A DNA stretch of 64,000 nt from Eledone cirrhosa (lineage: Eukaryota). Positions 56,385 to 64,000 of the stretch are shown here, in pieces. The position numbers were made by a program, and so were the translations under genes. The stretch covers positions 15,438,001 to 15,502,000 of the forward strand of contig OZ024755.1 in the NCBI GenBank assembly GCA_964016885.1, read 5' to 3'. Position 1 is the stretch's first letter, and every line of letters begins with the position of its first letter. The notes beneath the pieces were generated by a model, which was given only the letters and a program-made list of their open reading frames with translations, was not told the origin of the DNA and did no database searches.

Positions 56385-58074
56385 ATGTGGGGGTGTATTT
56401 GAAAGTATTTGTTTCCGTATGTGGTCGCATATAACTTTTTTAATTTAAATATAAAATAGAGGTCATTAATAAGCTAAACTCAAGAAAATTATTTTAGCAA
56501 ATAGATGTAGAGAAATTAATCTGATAATATATGAAAGAAAATTATGATAACGACATTTGTTTGGTTTTCATCATGTGGAAACTTAAATACCAAGTTGTAC
56601 GATGAAGACATGCTAATATTTCTAAACCAGCAGTCAATATTTAATGATTAATTTGACCACATTGTCTTCAGTAGTCCTTGAAGACAAAGTTATTACGCTT
56701 TCAAATGAATAATTTGTGGTCTATTTGCAATACGTGCCTTGCTGCCATATTTTGTATTGATATGTTCGACAAAATGGAGGAAGGAATAATTTATCATCAT
56801 CATCTTGGCGACTGGAAGGTCATGAGATTGAATCTCCTGAAAGACAAACAGCTAAGTATTGTTCACTGTGTTTATTATCGGGATTTGCTTAATTATCATT
56901 GGCTCTACCTGATGAAATAAACCTTACTGTATCACACCGAAATGGCGGTTTCTTACACTCGTTCCTAAAAATATATATGTAACATGATCACGTTACGTAT
57001 TTTTTCCTTGAGCTGTCATCATAATGATCCTCTTCATCATCATCAACAACCTCATCGTCTTCTTTTAGCGTGCTGGTTGCACTTGGCATACAAGCGTCTA
57101 TGAAAGCATATACAATAAATGTATGTATTCTAAACAACATACGCCTCGCTGTATATATATTTTAAGGTATAATCATGAGGCAGCTACCTTAATAACCTTA
57201 CCAGAAGGTCAAATAGTATTTAGTAAAATTATTTTACTAAATATTACGACTATCAGGAGTTGAGAGTGCGATAGTTGTGCGATGGTTGTATATTCTGTAG
57301 TGCAGTATTGTGGTTGAATTTTTGAAGACTTGAATTTATATCAGGTTTCATGGAATTTTGTTATCTCATAATATAAATTACAAATATAATTTTACCATCA
57401 CAAATTCTAGATTTTCCACAAGAATTGCAGTAGACATTCGTATTGAACATGAATGTACACATGCAATTATTGCATGTTGAAAGTATTATAGTATTTTACA
57501 TAATATTGTCGTAAGTTAAGGCTGCATTACAGTATATGCTGAACAATAGATCACTGTATTGTATCTACTCGCTTGCATGACTCCCTGCGCGCTATTATTT
57601 TCCTCGATCGGAGCCAACTTGTTGATGGTCCACCAAAAAAAGTAAAACAACAATCACAATAACATCATTATCATCATCATCATCATCATCATCATCACGC
57701 GAAGCCAGTGATATTGTTCAAGTATTCGCCTATTGTGCCAGAAGTTTCGATAATTTAAAATGATTTAACAATCAAGGCAGCTATGTTGCCATGTACAAAG
57801 AGAGAGAAAAAAGGATAATAATCTAAATACTAACTCCATGATGGATTATTGGGGCCACTTTTAGTGTGTGGATATGTATTTGGAAACATGGTTTATTGAT
57901 GAAACTGCTTCATTTTCACATGCTGCTATTTCCTCTCAAGCTAATTAATGGTTTTCTATGCAATAAACTGCCACACCAATATTGGCTGCATACGTCGAGC
58001 AACAAATAATGTTTATTCAGTTTGGCTATAATCCAGTATAAGTGTGTATGTATGTATATATATGATATATATAC

Positions 58075-58229
<155 letters not shown>

Positions 58230-58385
58230 TCCTTCACATATATATGCAGAGAGACCTAAAATATATATACACGCTTCAACATCAGTCTAATAAAAGTGTT
58301 TATACATTTTGGGGCAACACCCTGTATATACGTATTATATGTGTGTGCGTCTATAAATATACATATCTATATATATACACGTATG

Positions 58386-58452
<67 letters not shown>

Positions 58453-58517
58453 GTATATATGTATATATATATATATATGCACGTATATATGTATATATAT
58501 ATATATATATGCACGTA

Positions 58518-58573
<56 letters not shown>

Positions 58574-58591
58574 TATATACGTGCATATATG

Positions 58592-58627
<36 letters not shown>

Positions 58628-58674
58628 TATATACGTGCATATATATATATATATATATATACATATATACGTGC

Positions 58675-58705
<31 letters not shown>

Positions 58706-58718
58706 TATATACATATAT

Positions 58719-61700
58719 GCATCGTCTCCAGAGCCAGGGTCATCCACACCAACACTCGAGACCACCGCAGTTAAGGGACCCAGAGTGGCCGCCGCTGACA
58801 CCAGACCAGGTGTCATACCGACAGCCATTACTGGCACCCCAAAAGTCACACCAGTGCTGCTGCTGAATGTCAGGGGCCTGGTGAAACTCAGCAACATGAG
58901 TAAAATTTCCTACCTGGGAGACTTAGCCATAAGCAATCAAGCACTATGCATGGCACTAACCGAAACGCACCTGACAAGCAGTATAGCAGATGCAGAAATA
59001 CATATACCGAAATATACTGTATTTCGTTCGGACAGGAAGGAGAGAACTCATGGTGGGGTTGCTCTGTATATTCGTGAAGATGTCACACCAATTGTTCTGT
59101 TGACACATTCAAACTCAGTCTGTGACACACTGATAATACATATGAAGCAACTACAGACGGTAATATGTGTCACATATCGGCCGCCCGATGCCCCCAGTCA
59201 TGAGGGTAAATTTGAGGATAGCCTAAGTAGGATAGAAGAGGTCCTTGACAAACTGGACCAGGGTCTCAACATCCTACTGCTGGGAGACTTCAACCTACCA
59301 AAGGTCAAATGGCCTGAGGGCCACCTCCTCCCTGGAATGACGTCAATAGAACAGAGACAGACGGAATCCCTGCTGGCCCTCACACACAGGCTGTTCATGG
59401 AGCAAGCAATACTCCTCCCAACAAGAGGCGAAAATGTCCTGGACCTCTGTTTTACAAACAACGAAGTGCTCATCCACAATGTAAAGGTGACACCAACAAT
59501 TCTCTCGGATCATAACTTGGTAGAGCTAATGATATGTGGTCCAAGAGAACCAACAGAGACAAAACCACCAAGAAGCTCCGGGACGCTATCCAGCCTTAAC
59601 TTCTACGGGGCTGACTGGAAGAAGATTAAGAGTGAAATCCGGAAGCAAACATGGAGTGCAAACATCGCCACACAAGACACTAACACACAATTTCAACACT
59701 TCATGACAACGATACACACCATATGCAAAAAGTGTGTCCCGGAGAAAGAGGCAAACAGACACAAAAATCTTATTCCCAGAGATAGGAAAATCCTTATGAG
59801 ACGTAGAACTAAACTCTCAAACCAGTTGAATAGTCAACAAAACCAAAACAAGAAGGAATCCTATTTGAAACGTGCACTACTTGACACCGAGATTGCACTC
59901 AAGCTTTCACATGAGAATGAGAGGGCAAGGAAAGAGAACAGGGCCATAGAAAACATTAAAACAAACCCTAAGGCCTTCTTTAAATTTGCAAAAGAAACTG
60001 CCTCAGTACACTGCAAGATTGGACCACCCTTCCACACGGACGGTTCATTAACCGAAAATCCCCAAGAGATATGTGAAATACTGAACGAACAGTACAAAAG
60101 TGTCTTCACATGTCCACTGAGGCACATGCAAATAACGAAGCCAGAGGAGTTCTTTGATGCCACAACACTACATCAAGAAATGGCAACCATCAACCACATA
60201 GACATAACGGAGGAGGATGTGGTGTACGCCATTGATGAAATTAGAACAGACTCGGCTGCTGGACCTGATGGATTCCCAGCAGTTCTCCTAAAAATATGTA
60301 AGCGGGCCTTAGCAACTCCACTGAAGATGCTCTTCAGAAGCTCCTTGGCTAGCGGTGTACTACCCAGGGAGCTGAAAGAAGGCACAATATGCCCTATCCA
60401 TAAAGGAGGTAGTAGAGCGGAGGCCAAGAACTATAGGCCAGTCTCCCTGACGTCGCATATCAGTAAGGTCATGGAGCGAGTCGTCAGAAAGAAACTAATC
60501 ACTTTCCTCGAAGAAAATGACCGCCTGACTAGCACACAACATGGCTTCCGCCCAGGAAGAAGCTGCCTTACACAGCTGCTACATCACTACGACTGGGTAC
60601 TGAGACAGCTACTAGACAGCTCACATGTAGACGTGATATATCTTGACTTTGCGAAGGCCTTTGACAAGGTCGACCACGGAATGATATGTCACAAACTACA
60701 CGGACTCGGCATAACTGGAAAAGTAGGTGAGTGGCTGCATGGCTTCCTGAGGGACAGAAGCCAGGCAGTCGCAGCAAATGGGGCCCTCTCGAGGGAAACA
60801 CCGATAGCAAGTGGGGTGCCTCAGGGGACAGTCCTGGGACCACTACTGTTTTTGGTGGCTCTCTCGGACATGCCCTCTGTGGTGCATGCAACAACATCCC
60901 TCACTAGCTATGCTGATGACACTAAGGTAGCACAGGCAATCAAAAACCCGGCTGACGCTGCCCTCTTACAGCAGGATCTGGATGCCATATACAGATGGGC
61001 GGAAGAAAACAACATGCAGTTTAATGCTGGCAAATTCCAAGCCCTACAATACAAACCTGCAAACACAAACACAAATATAGCGGAACACAGCTACACAGGA
61101 CCAGGAGGGACCGATATCCCCGTGTCAAAATCGATACGAGACCTGGGCATAGACATGAGCGATGATGCATCTTTTTCTTCACACATCATGAAGGTGGCGA
61201 CAGCATGTAGACGATTCGCTGGCTGGATCTTGAGGACTTTCCTTACAAGAGATCGAGACACCATGTTGACACTGTGGAGGACTTTTGTCCTAAGCCGCCT
61301 GGACTACTGCTCCCAGCTGTGGTCGCCCCATAGTGTCAAACTAACCACAGAGCTTGAGGCAATCCAGCGAAGCTACACCAAGAGGATTGCCAAGATGAGG
61401 GATACAAGCTACTGGGAGAGGCTGAAGGAACTGAACCTCTACTCCTTGGAGCGAAGACGGGAGAGATACGCAGTGATCTACATGTGGAAAATCCTGGAGG
61501 GACTAGCACCAAACTTTGGCATTGGGAGCTGGACCAACCGTCGAACAGGACGTCACTGTGTGGTGCCAAAGGTCCCGTCTTCCACATCTAGAATAAGGAG
61601 CAGGTATTGCAATAGCCTGGGATTCAAGGGCCCTCAACTCTTCAACAGGCTGCCGAGGCATCTGCGAGACTTGCATGACGTGGAGGTGGATGTCTTTAAG

Positions 61701-61826
61701 AAACATCTCGACACCTTGTTATCCAGGATCCCGGATGAGCCCACAGCAAGACACGATGGAAACCTAAGGGCAGCAGCAACAAACTCCCTCCTACACCAGT
61801 GGCCAACCTATACAGGCTGGAGATAA
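58719..61826 (+). CDS. Non-LTR retrotransposon ORF2-type protein (APE endonuclease + reverse transcriptase), CR1/L2 group; 5' end missing
   Basis: 1035 stop-free codons from GCA at 58719 to TAA at 61826. APE motifs LLNVRGL, LTETHL, HGGVALY, YRPP, LLGDFN, LDLCF, SDH. RT motifs [50 protein letters not shown] (60909), IRDLG. CR1-group C-terminal motifs [11 protein letters not shown] and LERRRERY. The ORF-track start at 58296 only reads through TA repeat. Confidence 0.95.
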   Translation, partial: ASSPEPGSSTPTLETTAVKGPRVAAADTRPGVIPTAITGTPKVTPVLLLNVRGLVKLSNMSKISYLGDLAISNQALCMALTETHLTSSIADAEIHIPKYTVFRSDRKERTHGGVALYIREDVTPIVLLTHSNSVCDTLIIHMKQLQTVICVTYRPPDAPSHEGKFEDSLSRIEEVLDKLDQGLNILLLGDFNLPKVKWPEGHLLPGMTSIEQRQTESLLALTHRLFMEQAILLPTRGENVLDLCFTNNEVLIHNVKVTPTILSDHNLVELMICGPREPTETKPPRSSGTLSSLNFYGADWKKIKSEIRKQTWSANIATQDTNTQFQHFMTTIHTICKKCVPEKEANRHKNLIPRDRKILMRRRTKLSNQLNSQQNQNKKESYLKRALLDTEIALKLSHENERARKENRAIENIKTNPKAFFKFAKETASVHCKIGPPFHTDGSLTENPQEICEILNEQYKSVFTCPLRHMQITKPEEFFDATTLHQEMATINHIDITEEDVVYAIDEIRTDSAAGPDGFPAVLLKICKRALATPLKMLFRSSLASGVLPRELKEGTICPIHKGGSRAEAKNYRPVSLTSHISKVMERVVRKKLITFLEENDRLTSTQHGFRPGRSCLTQLLHHYDWVLRQLLDSSHVDVIYLDFAKAFDKVDHGMICHKLHGLGITGKVGEWLHGFLRDRSQAVAANGALSRETPIASGVPQGTVLGPLLFLVALSDMPSVVHATTSLTSYADDTKVAQAIKNPADAALLQQDLDAIYRWAEENNMQFNAGKFQALQYKPANTNTNIAEHSYTGPGGTDIPVSKSIRDLGIDMSDDASFSSHIMKVATACRRFAGWILRTFLTRDRDTMLTLWRTFVLSRLDYCSQLWSPHSVKLTTELEAIQRSYTKRIAKMRDTSYWERLKELNLYSLERRRERYAVIYMWKILEGLAPNFGIGSWTNRRTGRHCVVPKVPSSTSRIRSRYCNSLGFKGPQLFNRLPRHLRDLHDVEVDVFKKHLDTLLSRIPDEPTARHDGNLRAAATNSLLHQWPTYTGWR

Positions 61827-61900
61827 AATGTGTAGCAACAAGGGCGGTGCCCCAGCATGGCCTCAGCCGGATGGCTGAAACAGGTAAAAGAGTAAAAGAG
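58719..61900 (+). mobile_element. 5'-truncated CR1/L2-group LINE inserted in (TA)n microsatellite
   Basis: Sharp switch from TA repeat to GC-richer coding sequence at 58719. Short 3' UTR with stem-loop TCAGCC-GGAT-GGCTGA (61863-61878) and tandem tail (TAAAAGAG)2, then TA repeat resumes. Confidence 0.92.
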
Positions 61901-62110
<210 letters not shown>

Positions 62111-62189
62111 CAGGGTACCCGACCTCCTGTGGGTACATGCTGAAGCATATAAACAATATGCCCCCCCCCCCCCACCGCAAGGTGGTCGT

Positions 62190-62436
62190 GGAGGTGCCAC
62201 GGCAAAAAAGCACCCAGCCCACACTGTAAAGTGGACGTGTAGGCGCCACGAAAAAGCACCCAGTACTCACTGTAAATGAGGTTGGTGTTAGGAAGGGCAT
62301 CCAGCTGTAGAAATCAAGCCAGATCAGTTCCTGTATGAGCAAGGCATGGTCAGCCGACCAGACACTGCCCACAACAGGACAACCCGTCTAACCCATGCTA
62401 GCGTGGAAGAACGGACGTAAAACGGTGATGATGATA
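62190..62436 (+). mobile_element. 3' part of a retroposon with an RTE-type end and (GAT)n tail
   Basis: Duplicated GCCACG..AAAAAGCACCCAG unit, TTAGGAAGGGCATCCAGCTGTAGAAA, AACCCATGCTAGCGTGGAAGAACGGACGTAAAACGG followed by TGATGATGAT. Family assignment is from recall of similar ends. Confidence 0.6.
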
Positions 62437-62519
62437 TATATATATACATATATATATATATACACATATATATATATATATATATATAAATATATATATA
62501 CATATATATATATATATAA

Positions 62520-62550
<31 letters not shown>

Positions 62551-62822
62551 AATATATATATACATATATATTTATATATAAATAAATATATATATACATA
62601 TATATATATATATAAATAAATATATATATACATATATATATATATATGAATATATATATATTGATACAAAATGAAAACGAAATTTCATTTCTCACTCTTA
62701 GTATGGCACTTACTTAAATGTAAGTATGCATGCATACGTACATACATATATGTATACAGACGTACAGTAGCATGCACATATATATATATATATACATATA
62801 TACATACATATGCATACAGGTA

Positions 62823-63022
62823 NNNNNNNNNNNNNNNNNNNNNNNNNNNNNNNNNNNNNNNNNNNNNNNNNNNNNNNNNNNNNNNNNNNNNNNNNNNNNN
62901 NNNNNNNNNNNNNNNNNNNNNNNNNNNNNNNNNNNNNNNNNNNNNNNNNNNNNNNNNNNNNNNNNNNNNNNNNNNNNNNNNNNNNNNNNNNNNNNNNNNN
63001 NNNNNNNNNNNNNNNNNNNNNN
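62823..63022. other. Assembly gap (200 N)
   Basis: Run of N. Confidence 1.
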
Positions 63023-63031
63023 TATTTGGTT

Positions 63032-63070
63032 CCTTTTACGGGTTTCGCAGTTCTTCTGCTTTTCAAAAGG
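63032..63070 (-). ncRNA. Second copy of the U3-A8 hammerhead motif
   Basis: Minus strand reads CCTT TTGAAAA GCAG-AAGAA-CTGC GAAA CCCG TA AAAGG. The block 63023-63097 matches 51622-51695. Confidence 0.6.
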
Positions 63071-63097
63071 TGAGTTGAGATGGAGGGTCTGTGGTTT

Positions 63098-63318
63098 ATA
63101 TATATATAGTATATTTATATATATATATATATATATATATAGTATATGTATATATATGTATATATATATATATAGGTATATATGTGTATATATTATATAG
63201 TATATGTTTATATATATGTTGTGTATATATATATATATGTATATATATATTATATATGTATATATATGTGTGTATATATATATATATGTATATATATATA
63301 TGTGTATATATATATATG

Positions 63319-63365
<47 letters not shown>

Positions 63366-63449
63366 TATGTATATATATATATATATATATGTGTATAGTA
63401 TATATGTATATATATATATATATATGTATTATATATATGTATATATATG

Positions 63450-63514
<65 letters not shown>

Positions 63515-63531
63515 GTATACATATATATGTG

Positions 63532-63564
<33 letters not shown>

Positions 63565-63678
63565 GTATATTTATATATATGTATATATATATATATATGT
63601 ATAATTTATATATATGTATATATATATATATGTATATATATATGTGTATATATATATATATGTATATTTATATATATG

Positions 63679-63709
<31 letters not shown>

Positions 63710-63932
63710 GTTGTATATATATATATGTATATATATATATATGTATATATATATATGTTTATATATATATATATATGCACGTATATATGTATATATATAT
63801 ATATATATATGCACGTATATATGTATATATATATATATGTATATAATATATATATATAGTAATATATATATATATAGGTGTATATGTATATATATATATA
63901 TATATAGGTGTATATATATATATATGTATATA

Positions 63933-63997
<65 letters not shown>

Positions 63998-64000
63998 GTA
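63098..64000. repeat. (TA)n/TG(TA)n microsatellite field
   Basis: Direct reading. Confidence 0.95.

Noticed and set aside
56909-56952. CTGATGA ... GAAA on the + strand (similar cases near 24329 and 53950 on the - strand)
   Set aside because: No supporting helices. Expected by chance in AT-rich DNA.
58307-58327. TTTTGGGGCAACACCCTGTA-TA resembling a Tc1/mariner right terminal repeat
   Set aside because: No matching left terminus was found upstream, and TACAGGGT at 62109 is on the wrong side.
58296-58718. N-terminal 141 aa of the 1176-aa ORF
   Set aside because: GTG start followed by read-through of TA repeat. Not part of the LINE.

Overview
AT-rich, repeat-dominated eukaryotic non-coding DNA. 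The SINE families and dense (TA)n/(CA)n/(GA)n fields suggest an octopus genome (inference). No host protein-coding gene can be supported, and almost every ORF in the track is a translation of simple repeats. The one real coding region is a 5'-truncated but otherwise uninterrupted CR1/L2-group LINE (APE endonuclease plus reverse transcriptase, 58719-61900) inside a (TA)n field. Also present are decayed RTE-clade LINE fragments, many tRNA-derived SINEs with modular bodies, minisatellites and a 200-N gap. The most interesting signal is a set of at least seven minimal type I hammerhead ribozyme motifs from several unrelated families, all in short unique islands beside (TA)n tracts. Several sit in inverted-repeat structures like Penelope-like-element pLTR remnants, and one family has the compensatory U3-A8 core (UUGAAAA). 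Two perfect 24-26 bp hairpins with 6-nt loops are also present.
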